From Harriotta raleighana (taxonomy: Eukaryota), in NCBI GenBank assembly GCA_050575255.1, contig JBNZDD010013718.1, forward strand, positions 3,591,098 to 3,655,097: a DNA stretch of 64,000 bases, read 5' to 3'. The position numbers and the translations under genes were made by a program. Shown here piece by piece: positions 1-13,908 of this stretch (its first letter is position 1; every line of letters starts with the position of its first letter). Under the pieces are notes generated by a model. It was not told the DNA's origin, ran no database searches, and saw only the letters and a list, made by a program, of their open reading frames with translations.

Positions 1-3000
1 ATGTTAGGAACAACAGAATTTAAAGGAATAAAACAAACTATTTACCTTTCAGAAACAATCACAAAATAAAGGGATGAAGAAAAGAGAATATAACATGTCA
101 AAGAGTATCATGGTGGAAGGCGGGATGTCAATGCTACCCCAAGAGAACTCTTTAGTCTGCTAGTTATTTGCCGGATGCTGTCACTTCAAAAATATTACAG
201 GAACCTAATCAATGGAGACAGTATCTTATATCGAAGGCACTCACTTACTCTTGTTTGTGAGAACCTCAGCGATAAGAATGTGTCTAAACCTTCTGAGACT
301 AAAATGGCTTATAGATAACACACACATCCTAGAAAATTGGTATTATTTATTTAAAATAATACAAACATTAGTACTGTATCTGCTATGTTGATCTTTCAGA
401 TCTCACTACCAATACCAAATGTGTTACAATAATTTCACATCTACCCAATGGCATCTATTCCCCATTGACATACTTTTACCAATACATACTGAGAAATTCC
501 GTATACCTGCAACTTTCTTGATTAAGACAGCAATTTAGATTGCCCAGAATTGATTTGGTCTGATATCTACTTGTTAAGATTTTGTGAGTCCCCCCAAAAT
601 CAATATGATTTACTTAAAGATAGCTTAATCAGTGTTATATCAGGTTCATTCCACGAATGGCAACCATACCTTTGATTCTTATGCTTGTGCTTCATTCATT
701 CCTCTTCACGTTTCAAAAGGATAAGCCAAACGGATAACACATGTGGTTATTACTGTTACTGCACCAATTAAGCCACCAATGCAGTGCCCTGTGACCTGTT
801 GTCAGAAAGGTTTGTGTCAAATATGAAAGCAACCTGCAACCTGTGCCAATGTAAAGGTTGCACAGAACCCAACACCAAACCAATGCAGCACTCATTTTCA
901 AGAAAGTAAATCTGTGAAATTTGCTCAAGATTTCAATATGAGATCTTTATACTCTGATGATCATTTTATTGCTTAAGATCCAATGATTTGTTTTGATTTG
1001 ATCTGATTTTGAATGAGACAATATCAGGACAGCAACAACAAATGCACTGCACTCTGATGTGCTAGAAGGGTTCTAAGGGGGAAATCAGAGGGTTAATTCT
1101 CTGAGAATTGACTAATTTACTGGTCACCCAAAAAAAAACTTGCAGCGGCTGCCAAGGTTGGTAATTTTACCGACGATTAAAGGATCACCCTAGAATATGC
1201 AAATGTATACGTGGAGTGAATAGATGTTAACATATTATTGCGGGAGTTATAGAACTTCAAGATATCCAATCATAACAAGAAATATACAGAAGTATAATCT
1301 ACTGACATATAATCAGGAAGCGTCATTTTTAAAAATGCTTTTTGCTCCTAAGAATTCGGTTATTGTTTTATATGTCTTCACTTTGCTGAACAAAACGTAC
1401 CTGTTTTAAGTATTAATACAGCATATTGCAGCATAACACCACACAATCCATGCTGCACACATAATAACTTCGCAAATTATAATAGGTATAATTATCATCA
1501 TGAATGCTATAAAAATAAACAACACTTCACCAGGAACATTGCCTTAATAATGGTATCCCATCATTAAACTGGAAATTGCTAACCTTGTCTTATCTCACAG
1601 CAGGGTGCAGAAATACTGCTGCAGGATAATTGAAAAATTAGTTTCTTTCTACAGATTGATAATATGTCATTCTAATATTTGCACATCAACTGTCTTATTC
1701 TGAGCATTAAGGACTGTTACAAAGGCCTGCAAAGAAACAAATAGCTACAAAAATAAAAGTTTGGGTTGCTTTGAGCTAAACAGATTTATGTCCGAAAAGA
1801 ATATATTCGTTTATCAGTTTAATTGAAAGTAAAAAAATGACTGCATACCACAATAGCCAGCTGCATTTAAATATTAACCTCAGACCCTCATCATCAGTGC
1901 TTATCATATCTCTCTTCCACACGGACATAATCTGTCGTGAGTCACGAAGTCCTGGCACGAAGACAGCATTATTTCTGGACTCAGTAAAGGCATGTATTTA
2001 AACAGTCTAGGCAGGTAGACAATGTCACATGAGAGAATGCTGACCCTATTGGGATTTTCATGGGAGGTGTTAATTGAGAAGGTGGTTTAATCTGCAGAGT
2101 TTTTTGTCCAGAAGCTGAGGATAAAGTTTGTTTCCACTTTTCCCTTATGGAAAAGCACACTCATTGCTTCTTTAGTAGGTGGGAGAATCCTGACCCCTGG
2201 GAGGATTTTTTTTATAATCATTCGTCTAAAGTTTAGCATTTTCTATTTAAAGTCATAACTGATTCAAATTTATCCTCCACATAAATTAAAGGCCTATCAT
2301 AATTTGAGCACACTGCATTGTATATTGATGAATTTCCTCTACCCCCATTCTCTGTTTCAATATCATTTTTTCTATAGCCATTTCATACCCATTTAGTTGG
2401 AAGAATAGGTGAAGCAGAACTGAAGATTATTTCCTACTTGCAGGCAATACTGCTGGGTCATTTAGCTATATTTTCAAGAGAATCACCGTAAAAGGCAGTA
2501 TGTGACAATCCAATGTCTCTTTGTCAGACCAGTCAACAGTGGAACCTTGGTTAACTCACCGTATGTAGGGAGGACAGGTTGGAGACATAGCCTTTGTTGG
2601 ATCCCAAATTGGATACATTAGAAAGGAAACCTAATTAACCTAATGCACCCATCGTTTCCCTCCCAACTTTCACAAGGTCAACTCAAGAAGAACACCAAAC
2701 AAAGAAGTTTTTAAAGAAAAATGTAATGAAAGAAATTTAAAATAAATAACAATTCTTTGTTTTTTTAGGGTGTTTTACACATTTTTCCTCAATCTTACAT
2801 AGAGGCATCTCCAGCCCAATCATCCGCCTTTTGTTGTAAGGTCATAACTGGTATGTTAACCTAATTTTCCCTTTTAAGTAATGATCAATTTGCTATAGAC
2901 GTCTCATGTTTGCTGGTGTAATTTCAATGCAAAGGAATTTGTTCAACATTGGTAAATATTAACAATGTTAGGATGGTTGTTGCAAAAGATGATGCTGAGC

Positions 3001-5153
3001 AAGTGGTGATTTGCACTTTCCTTTCGCCGCAGTTGTATAAAATTGTTATTTTCAGGTGCTACACACCAATTTAGGGGACGGCTGCAAGGGTCCACTGGCA
3101 CATTTATATTTAAATGAAGTGGTAATGATGGGGGGGCCATCATTTGTGTCATTCCCATTAGCACAAGGGAAATGGAAATTCTGTGCAAGTTGCTTCTTTT
3201 TTAAAAAAAAAATAGGTAAAACAAAACAAAACTCCTCCCTAGGTGGCTGCTCTACCACCAGGGAATAAACGTCTTATATTACAAAATAAATAAATGTAAT
3301 CCTCCATGTACCATTAAAATGCAACTTACAGGCGGTTGAAGAGCATTGGTCAGAAAATCTTTTTGGAAGGAGTCTAATTAGTTGGTTTTGCATTATTCCC
3401 TCCCTGAACTTTTGCCACAGTGGAACCTTGCAAATCTGCAATAAAAATAAGTTTGAAGGGAAATGATTTATGATGTTGACTATCCCTGACTAACAGAAGC
3501 TTATGACCATGTTTTTTTTCAATAGATCTTTGTTCCTCATTCAAAAAGAGAGCGGAGGTGACTGAAATAGTGCTTGTTCATAGCCTTAACCTTAGTCTTC
3601 AATTTAAAATTGTGCCGAACTTTTAAAAACTCGTCAATTCAGTCTTAATTTGGAAGTCGAGTTTACGCAATTTAAAAGCTGGCCTTGAAATAAAGACTGG
3701 TCACATTTCTTCACACTGTTATATGTTAAGTCACTATGCTTAACAATAAAATGATAGAAATTTTCTAACCTCAGATTTGAATTGATGCAATACAGTACAG
3801 TACCACAAATTCAGCAATATTTCTGTATTCATGTGGGTTTTTTTGGACAAGTGGATATAAAAATGTTTTTTTTGAGTGTTATTCTTTTGACCAGTAATTT
3901 TTGCAAATACTATTCGTGTATAGTGAGAACATATAATGACTAGTCATGAAATATTGTTTCTGGAAGTTACGATGACCTCTTAAAAAGTTGCGTTTAAGCT
4001 AATACTTGTTATAGCTGAAAAATAAAAATCATGTTCCCCATGACTTGTTTTAACGTGACACTTTTTATGTGTAGTGATTTAATAGTACCTATTTACATAT
4101 TTTACTCACCTTTTTGTCTGAGGCAGAGCAGAGCAATGCGCTCATCGTTTGATTCATCCATAATGTCAACTCCCTGGAGTCTTGTGTCATAGAAAGGCAC
4201 CCTTTAAAGCACTGAAGTAGATTATAGTTAGTTTTAAATCATTTTTTCTACTTTGAAATTTGGGAGGAAGGACCACTTTGTAATTTTTAATGTTTTGTTT
4301 TTTTTAAAAATTGTGCTGCGACAAAGTAAAGGCTGAATTGACCTTGGGATGCCATTGGTGCTACGTGGGGGAAGAGCACTGAAAAACAACGATTGATAGG
4401 GCACGTAGTGGTGTAGCTGATGTCTCTTGGGGAAAAAGGGCGACTATGCAGGTGACAACATCACCTCTATGGAAATATGAATTTCATTTCCAGCTGACAA
4501 GCTGCATGAGCGTTATAGAATAAAGAGGAAACGCTGTTCGTATAACAGTTTGGAAATAAAATATTATTAAATGCATTGGAATTGAAAATGCTAATTCAAA
4601 ATACAAATAGTTATAGAGGAAGCATATTCTCTGTGTATTCCATTCAATATATCATTTTGTTTTGGTACATAAAGCATTACAGTTCAAAGTTTCACATCGC
4701 AAATCAAATAATTAGAAATAATATACAATCAACATTTTGTCAGTGTGCTTTGGCATTACATGGAACATATTTTAAAATAACAAGCTACTCAAGGAATTTA
4801 TTCACTTAATTGAAGAGTAAACAAGGTGAGACCTGATACATGATCTGTCAGAGTGATGACTTGGAGGTTTGATCAACCAGCTAAAAGAAATAGTCAATAA
4901 GAAAATTTAAGGGAACATTAAAAAATCCCACAATTGCATGCATTCCATTAGCTGCTGCTGATAGTAAGAGCCATATTAATGGATGGATAGACAAATGTTT
5001 AATAAGTTCAGGTAGCTAGGCAAAATTGTGTTCTGCTTTCCGTTACATCTTACAAGTCTAATTCTTTCTCTTGTACCTAAACAAAATCATTAGTATGAGT
5101 AGCAGTTTAATAAAGATGCATATTCTCTAAAAGGTCTGCTCAATTGTTCTTTT

Positions 5154-5155
<2 letters not shown>

Positions 5156-5196
<41 letters not shown>

Positions 5197-5200
5197 CTCT
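5156..5200. repeat. (CT)n/(CTTT)n microsatellite
   Basis: Direct reading: tctctc... run grading into ctttcttt. Confidence 0.95.
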
Positions 5201-5934
5201 CCTCAACCATTGCTTTTCTCCATTTCTACATAATTTTTTCAAAGGTGAAAAGAGCAAAGAGGGCAGGAGAGATGGTTGGTACAGCTACCGCGCTCTTGGG
5301 AGCTACCAGCAAGTGATAAAATGAGAAGGTGACAGTGAGTCTGTGGAAGTTCAACAAAATGAAGACTGTGGATTAGTGGAGGCTTCCGCTGGTGGCGGTT
5401 ACAATCTCACAGGTCATTCCATTTCAATGCCATCTGGCGCTCTTCACAAATAGGAAATGGAATTCTCAAATGACATGAAAATACAGAAGTATCTCGTAAA
5501 GTATGCATTCATTATGCAAACTATGTCTGGGAAATGTATTTAAAGGACTTGGTATTCCTCACCTTAGATACCACGGTACTTTAAGTTGTCGGGAACTATT
5601 TTCTTCATTTGCCCTTTGAAGGCTGCAACTACATTTCTGGGCCAAATGGAGGGAGAAAAAGCCCTAACAAAATGATAACTGTATCACTTATTTAGAGGGT
5701 GGTGGGAAACAGTCCGTAGTTTAGGACATTTCTTTGATTCTACTTTTCAGTCTTACAGATGTTAGGGATTGATAAAACCAATGTTCATGTGTGCTTGTGC
5801 ATGAGTGAGTGAGTGTTTGCACTCCAGTTGACATTAATCCTTAAATATGTTACACTGACAAATCCAGAACTGACTAAAATTCATGAATTCATATAAGCCT
5901 ATCATGTTAACAAATAAGTAAACCTTATTCAGAT

Positions 5935-5997
5935 CAACAACAACAACAAATTTACATTTGTATAGCGCCTTTCACATTGGGACGACTTCCCAAGGCG
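5935..5997 (-). mobile_element. ~60-bp L2-type 3' tail insertion ending in (TTG)n
   Basis: Reverse complement reads CGCCTTGGGAAGTCGTCCCAATGTGAAAGGCGCTATACAAATGTAAATTTGTTGTTG; about 9 similar copies in the window. Confidence 0.8.
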
Positions 5998-6200
5998 ATG
6001 TAAAGTAAAATCATATCAGCACTCACTATTCTGGACAGTTTTTTAAACCACACGCTGTTGTCTATATTTGAACCCGTTGTATTGCAAATGTCCAGGTTTC
6101 CATTTTAAATCATTGTATTCAACGTGAAGCTGGGATTTAATGTAAAATCAAGGTCCTTCCAAATGCAAGGATTATTATTTATTACAAAAACATACTGCAT

Positions 6201-6312
6201 ACTGCAGATGCTGGAAATCTGAAACAAAAACAGAAATCCCTGGAGCACTCAGCAGGTCAGGCAGCATCTATGGAGAAAGGAGAAGTGAGTTAACGTTTAA
6301 GGTCCACGACCC
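6201..6312 (-). mobile_element. Half copy of palindromic Penelope-type element (truncated hammerhead 3' half)
   Basis: Near-identical to the arm at 63595-63684. Minus strand reads GGGTCGTGGACCT-TAAA-CGTT-AACTCACTT, so GAAA is mutated to TAAA and CTGATGA is absent. Confidence 0.75.
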
Positions 6313-6668
6313 ATGTTTTTTTTATTATTTGTTATTATTTTTGTTTCCAGCTTCTAAAGGACACGAAAAAAATGATTGAACAATAAGGCTTTTTTTTTTA
6401 CTCATCATTGTCAGATAGAGCTCCAATATGGTTATCATCTAAAGCTCAGAACCTAGTTAAAGTATCTGCAACATCCTTAAGTTTTCAGTGTATTGAGTCA
6501 CAAGGAGCACAGAGACTCTGCCAGCTCTTGGCATTAATGCCAGGAAGAACGCAGCTCCTTCACAAAAGCATGACTTGCATTTTTTCCGCACAATACTTAC
6601 ATTCCACTAGCATTAACTCAAACTAAGCCTTACGGTAGTAAAATAAGACACCAGTTCTCTCATGGCCA

Positions 6669-6692
6669 GGGGTAAGGGTGGGGGGGTGGGGG
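6669..6692 (+). other. G-quadruplex-forming motif
   Basis: GGGG-TAA-GGG-T-GGGGGGG-T-GGGGG, four G-tracts with short loops. Confidence 0.6.
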
Positions 6693-6719
6693 AATAGCTG
6701 GCAATTTATCTGAAACAAT

Positions 6720-7280
6720 GAAGCCTGGAATCTAACAACAGCAACCTTCGCCGCTGACAAATGGAATGCTAATTAGAATTCAGCTATTTTTTCTCTATGA
6801 CAGATGAGGGATGCCCCCTATTGACTCTTCCGAGCAAACTGTTGGAAAGGGTCTTTGCTAGCATACGCTGTAGACTGCAAATTACAGCTAAACCCTTGCC
6901 AAGTCTCGGCTCTTCACAGAACCTGGCACTGAATTTTAAATTACAAAAAAAAAATGTCTGCCATCAGGCGAGATGTTTTGTAGTGTGCTAAGACTCCGGT
7001 AAAACCCAAATGACCTGAGCACATTAGGGTTTTTAATTATTCATAGATACAACTGGAATGAGAAGATGAGGTGCTTCTTGGTACTCGGTCAATTGAAAAC
7101 TCACTCCGCATATTAACAACAGCCTGATATAAAATGTCGGAAATAAAATATAGGCAGTTTGAAAATGAAAAAATGAGTTTGGGATTAAATATTGCTTGTC
7201 CATCGCCTTTCGCAGGATCAATTTTGTTTCCGAGTAATAATTTGGAACGGGTGATTTTGCATACCCAGACAGAATGATAA
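6720..7280. promoter_or_regulatory. Candidate conserved non-coding element
   Basis: Repeat-free, locally CpG-retaining, contains CTAATTAG, TGACAG and TGACAA motifs. Conservation not tested. Confidence 0.3.
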
Positions 7281-8299
7281 ACTTACAAAGTAAAATTGAA
7301 ATATTTAACTTGGCAAGTTTTCTTCAAATAATAATGCTAATAATAAATTATTATATCATGATAATGAAAGTCACATTTGACATTGTTCCATTGCAATGTG
7401 CTCTTATGAAGCACTGATGTACGTATTTCAAACCTTAATATTTCAAAAATAAAAACTGATATTTATTCATCTGAATCAAAGTTTCTTGGTTCTGATATTT
7501 CAATTTGGTCTAAACTAAAAAAAAGTATGAAGCTATTAAAATTAGTTAGATCTGTACAATCGTTTCCTCATGGAAATCAATGGTGAACTGAAAAACTCCT
7601 TCAGCTCGGAGACAGAATCTGCCATTTCTAAAGAAACCCTGATCTTATTTAAACCTAACTCAAGCAAATCCTGGCCCTGGCTCATCCCCAAACTCAAATT
7701 TCTGATCCCAGATTCGCACGAGTTAATATTTACATTTATAGAAATATATTCCAAAATTACTTTGGGATGTATTTTCTGCACTTTATTTTAAAAAATTGAA
7801 AGAAAACTGTAGTTTGATAAATTTAAAGATTATTGCTGACACCTTTGAAGAATTTTTTGTCCCTGATAAGATAATAATGTAATTATTAAACTCTAGGGTT
7901 ACCTTAAAATGAGGCAACTTTTTTCTATATTTATTGCAGCTGTTGTTTCCCCTTTTCGCTCTTTCCCCCACTACACCCCTCTCAGAAAATCAAATAATCA
8001 CACTCCTTAAAATAGTATTAATAGAATTCAGACAGACCGCAATCTAATTTCCTACATTGCAAGAAATATTTATTTCCCTCATGGACAAAAGTCACAGATT
8101 GCGGATCCAGCTGTATAGGTGCAAATTGCAATATGTGTATGGATATTTACTCAAGGAAATACGAGCAATAGTCTTTCACTGGGAGAGGTACCAGTTAATC
8201 GTGGGGTAACATCAATCCATGGACACTCTACCTCTCCAGTGTCTACTCATTCCACCCAAAATGATTAGAATAATACACAGGAAAATACTATTTTTTTCC

Positions 8300-9050
8300 A
8301 AAGCAACTGTCTGGATTACTCATGTGAGCCCCTGCCTTTATTAAGCTATCTGAGTTTCATTAAAGTTCCAAGATCCGAGGGCAAGAGAGAGTGCAGTTGC
8401 ATGGATTTTGCTTTCATGAGGATTCTGAGCTGAGCTGTCAAAATGAAAAGCTTCGACACACGGTGACGGACCTAGGGCGGATGAATGACAGATCTATTTC
8501 TCCTGCTCTCAGATGAGCGCTCGAAGGGGCAGTGACACTTTTTTCCCCCAAAAAAAACATTGTCACCATCTGGCTGGTTCAAGAGGTTTTCATTAGTGCT
8601 CCTCTCTTCTGTGTGCAGAGAGAGAGAGAGAGAAAATCCTCTGTGTAGAACTCGGTATATATATTTGTTCGTATGAGAACAAAATGGGAAGACATTGTAT
8701 TTTTTCACTCCGTTGCTGATAGACGTTTCTTACACCGAGATTGAGGCCTTCCCTTTTGTTTATTATAAGAATAAGATGAAAAGCCCCATTGCAGTGTCTG
8801 AGTGCGTAACCACATGGAACATATCTTTCAAAATAATAGTCATGCGTTTTATATACTTTGAACAAGAAAGGTTCAATCTCTTGCTGTGAGCTATCTTGGC
8901 TAATTGTCATATGCAAATGAGAGCAATTACAAAGCTTTTAGGTAAGGATGACAGCTGAGGTTGTCAGTTGAGTAGGCCTCACCTACCTTGTTGCCATAAC
9001 AACGCAGAGGATGGAATCAACAGACAAAATGTGAAGAAAAAACAAAGTGT
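8300..9050. promoter_or_regulatory. Candidate enhancer (SOX/POU composite plus RFX-like site)
   Basis: ATTGTCAT directly followed by octamer ATGCAAAT (8911-8918); X-box-like GTTGCCATAACAAC (8990-9003); TGACAG/CTGTCA sites; CpGs retained. Confidence 0.45.
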
Positions 9051-9086
9051 TTCCCTTTAGTTAACTTCGGTGTGTGAGTGTGTGGT

Positions 9087-9114
9087 GGGGGGAGGGTGGG
9101 GAGGGTGCGGGGGG
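9087..9114 (+). other. G-quadruplex-forming motif
   Basis: GGGGGG-A-GGG-T-GGGG-A-GGG-TGC-GGGGGG, five G-tracts. Confidence 0.65.
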
Positions 9115-12100
9115 TGTGAGAAAAAAATAGTGATCAGGAATGAATATTAGGGAAAGTATATATTCATTCATCAATAGCAGTCATGGATACATACGCTCCT
9201 TGGCTCAAATTCTTTTGTTTGTTGCGTTCCACAAGGAACACCCGAGTAGCAAAGCTGAATGCTGCGCACATACCAAATATAAATTTTAGTCACAAATGGA
9301 TATTTTCTATGGCAATTTATTTCACAATTACTCCGGTGGAAGCTTTCATGAATTATATATGAGTTTCGTCTCTGAATTAGGTGTTATAAAGCTAAATTAC
9401 AAGAGGCAGCCAGTAATTGAGGTGCCAGTGACACAGACCTACTGAACTAATCTTCAGCAGCACCACGTGAGTGCCTGACAGCCAATACCACTTCCCTACT
9501 GTCAAAAACAGAGCAACTGAGAAAATTGATTTCTCATATGAGCAATATTTGATAGCTTTTGAAATCAAAAATTGAAATTAACTAACCTAAGCCCCTTCAG
9601 TACAAAGAGCAAATTAAAACTGCAACAGCATTCCTATTGATAGTGTGAAACACTGCCAAGGTGAATTTGTAAATGTATTTTCAACCGCTTCCTCATTTTT
9701 GCTCACTGCAAGGTAACTACGGACACACAGATTATTTACCTAAACTGCTCGCTGCACACTGTTACTTTGGGGTGGAGTGCTCAGTTGATTGCAAAGTGTA
9801 GCTGCTTGTGATCGGGACGAATGCAATTTCAGAATAAGTTGATGCATACAATACAGTCAAATCACATCATAACATGGCCAAAATAAATTTCAGTCGATTA
9901 TAGCCGTGGATCGTTTACAAATGAATATCGGGCAATTATAGCTAAAACAGGTTACTTCATAAGAAGAGAAGGACTCTCACAATTTGATTTTATATTGCAT
10001 TTTCAAATCCATTGAGTTACAGAAATATCTGATTAAATATTTAAGTGATGAAAATATGTCTTAACATTCAAATCTAGCAATTTAGTGTTTTTTTAAAAGT
10101 GGTTTTGCACAGAAATAAGTGCAGAAAATGCAAAAAGTTAATAATGTGCTCACATCTCAAAAATGAAAGCACCTTATTCTAAAAATACAGTTAAACAACA
10201 TCTCGCAATACAGTCCAGTAATGTACTACGTACAACCCTTCACATTTTTTTTTACCAGAATCGACAATAATTTCCAGTATTTTTATTTTTAATTAAAAGT
10301 ACAAATATTCCAATATATTCAGCAGATTGTTTACTTTGCTGAATCCCTACAGATGTAAAATCTGTTCATGAAGAAATGTTACATATCTGGCAATTTTTTT
10401 TACAAACAGATATTCATTGTTAAAATATGCAGTGTACACATATTTTTTTCCGTGCACAGAGCACAGCTTTGTAAAATTATACACTTAATCTTTAATTAAC
10501 CAGGATTTAAGCATCCAAATCAGGCGATACAATTTATTCCAATCTGTTTTCAATTGTTCCTCACAGCACTTAAACTCACATGTTTCAACAGTGTCCTATG
10601 CACCGAACTGGTCTTCCAACTTGCACCCACCACCTGTGGCAATTCAGGGAGGAAGGAGTGTGCAAGGCCTTGGAGGAATTGAGTTGAACTAAATCGCTCT
10701 GATATTGGCACAGATGAAAATGTCAAGCTTTCCTTATTGGTGTTATAGAGCTTCAACAAAGCTCTAAAGCCACCGGTTTATCTGGTTTAATTAAAATTAG
10801 CTTTGGACAAAAATCTTTACTTGGGTCTGTTATATGATAAAAGGAGAACAACTTGATCATAGAAAGTACCATCCGCCCATGTCCTGGTGGCAAAGTTGAA
10901 GGAAGCTAATTATTTTCTTGCAGATATTGCAGTCAGCTGGTTAACCCTCTCACTTAGAATGGGTGAAATTACCCATCACTTAATTTCTTCGAGCTACACT
11001 GTGTAGCTCTTACAGTCACACTGCTTTCCTTTGGTCATTTTTATTATCAATTATGTAACAATTTCATCTTTATATCATTAGAAAGGAAGGTTCTGTTGTG
11101 GTGCTTGAATATGACAATTCAGGAGCATTGATTTCCTCAGTGTCAACGATGACGTGGAACAGCTCTGAGCTTAATGTTTGCTGTAAGATCCAGGGCAACT
11201 ACAGCGTAAAATCACCAGGTGGGAGAGGGCTAATCATGGAGAAGAATAATTGCTCCTTCGAGAGAGTTACCAGTGGTAGCTACCCCTGTCAATCACAACA
11301 CAAGGAGGGAAAACATTACTTTCACAAGGTACTGTACTTAGCAAAGCTAATGAGGAAGAAGAAAGCTTATTTCCTCAGGGGAGACAGCTAAGGTAGTGTC
11401 GTTGAGTCGGCTAAGGTATTGTGCCTGGTCAGTGTTGGCAGCAGAAATCAGGAGGGAGATCTCGAAGTCCAATAGGTAGCGTAATAAGGTAATCATTCCT
11501 GACAGTCAGTAGCAGCATAAACAAAGTTACTCTCTTTGGGGAATTGTAACAGTACCAGTTTGATGCACTGTCAATATCAGATGGTTGAGGTGATCCTTCG
11601 AGTTTCTTCCTTTATGCAGAGATCAGGACTGAGGGTTGAAGAGGCCTTTGCTCAAAAATCTCAGGACATTTATCTGAAAGAAAGAATAATAATGAAAATA
11701 ATAAAAATAATAATAATGATAGTAGCAACTAAAATAATCACTGGCATGTTAACTCAGATTGTTTCCGAGCAATGGAAAGATGCGCGTAATGGCAAAAAGG
11801 AATATGAAGCCAACATCAAAAAGCTACGTCAGTGTGGTTAAAATAGTGAGTTTCTACAATTCAGACAGAATTTAATCTCAACTAGAATATGAATGCAATA
11901 TAAAAATAGGCATCTCGAAGAGTCAGATGATAAATTGGAGGGAGGGCAGAAGGACGTTTGATATTTTATATCTACAGTTGTTTGAAGTTGAGTTATACGA
12001 AAATGTTTGAAGCAGTACTGAGGCTGTAGTGGAAGAGTTTACAGCTCTCACTATCTCAACCTCACATCTAAAGGAGGGTGTGCTGTAATGAGAGCTTCTT

Positions 12101-12845
12101 AAGAGGAATACAATGGGACAAAGTGAGAGGGGAGAAAACATCCAAACAAAGGAAGCCCTAAAAGCAAGAGGGAAAACTATTCTAACAGCAGATAGAAATC
12201 CACTTTGCATTGAGGCCTGTTACTAATAAAACAGAGTCTGTCGTATTAGTAGTATCAAACAGCTTCTCTTTAGTTACTGGAAATTTTCAGTGTTTGTTTA
12301 TAAATTTAATTGTACATTTGGCATTTCTTTATAATATGAAGAAAGGAAAAATATTTATTTGTGTTCAGGTCTTGGTGGCAAGTAATTGTATCTGCAAGTG
12401 ATCATGTTTACCCACTAGATTAGGGTAATAAATTAACTCTACACAATTTGGTGATTTCTGAACAACAGATTATTAAATGTACAGTACTACAGTATTTAGT
12501 TCAGCAGAGCCAATCACTTTGCAACAGTAGTTGATGTAATTTTTAATCCAGTAAACGTCTCATAGCTACTCCAACCAATGTTATTTTTCTCTATTTTTTC
12601 TCTGCATCTAATTATCCAATAATAGAACAGACGTTACTTTGTTTATCTCTTAAGAGAATTGTTTAATTTTTATGATAATTCTGTCAGGGAAAGCAGTATT
12701 TTAAGATACTTTGATTGAAATGTTAAACTGAACCCATTGAGATGGACATCAGAGATCAAATAGTTAATAAAAAAAATAGAAGGGTGACTTGGCCAACATT
12801 GTGTTGAAGTGGTCTACTGACTGAGATTTACAAAGTCAGTCTAAA

Positions 12846-13002
12846 CATACATATACATCTATATATTTAGAAACAGGAGTATACCATTTAGGCCCTCAAG
12901 CCTGTTCCGCCATTCTATAATATCATAGCTCATCTGTACCACAACTCCAATTATCCACCCTTGCCCCATATCTCTTGATACCCTTACCTAACAAATATCT
13001 AG
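12846..13002 (-). mobile_element. CR1 LINE 3' end
   Basis: Plus strand reads AGGAGTATACCATTTAGGCCCTCAAGCCTGTTCCGCCATTC...CCCCATATCTCTTGATACCCTT, the antisense of a typical chondrichthyan CR1 3' UTR and ORF2 end. Confidence 0.7.
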
Positions 13003-13870
13003 CATTCATGGCCATGCTATTTGTGATTTGATATTATTTAAGACAAAAGTTTAAGAATGTATCAATCACAATAAAATAAATGGAATTAGATAATAACAAA
13101 CACAATACCTTGGTACTTTGGATATTCATTGATGTTAATAGATAAAATAAATATCTGGAATAAATGGAATTAGACTACTCTGCAGTTTAAATTGTTTTTA
13201 CCTCCTAGAAAATTCTGGTTATATTTTAAATTTTCCCTGCATTTATTATAGCATATTTTTTATGAACTAATAAATTGCATTTGTGACAAATCCCTTCTGT
13301 GCTGTTCTTAATATCTTTTATTAAATCTATCGAATTCCCTGAGCATTAAACTGGACAGGATAATGATGAAGCAGTGTGGAGAATGCCTTAATTTTTATAC
13401 ATCATATATTCAAGTGGTTTAATTCAGTTTGCTTAAGCACAGAACAATAATAGTTTAACATTAGAAGCTAGATGAGCAAGTATTATAACTTAGAAATTAG
13501 GAACGAAAGCTCATTTTGAACTTCATATCTTGAAATGAAAGGACTGAAATAAATTACAAATCTGTCTGGAGCCCGCCACATCCATTTTATTCTCTGCTGG
13601 TATATGACGAGAACTATTCCTCCCATGGTAGCTTCCAATGGGTACCTCCAATGAAGAACTACATTAATCCTATCCAGCAGGATGCTGAGATAGTGGGAAT
13701 ATTTCTAATGAGAAGTTCTGATAGCTGTTAGCATAATTATTAGATGAATATGAACTGTTCCAGTCTCCAAAGAGAGCTTAGTCATATATGAAGAAATCTA
13801 TGAATTAGGAATTCTTTTAAGCTTCCCAAATCATGCATAAAATTGCATATGGGAGTTGCAAATCTTTTTT

Positions 13871-13908
13871 TATTTTCCTAAAGGAAAAGTTTTTCCTTTA
13901 GGAAAATA
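13871..13908. repeat. Perfect 18-bp inverted repeat, 2-nt spacer
   Basis: TATTTTCCTAAAGGAAAA-GT-TTTTCCTTTAGGAAAATA. Confidence 0.95.

Noticed and set aside
10991-11009. 9-bp palindrome GAGCTACAC-T-GTGTAGCTC (similar short hairpins near 14209 and 57929)
   Set aside because: Short hairpins of this size can arise by chance or by local template switching in 64 kb.
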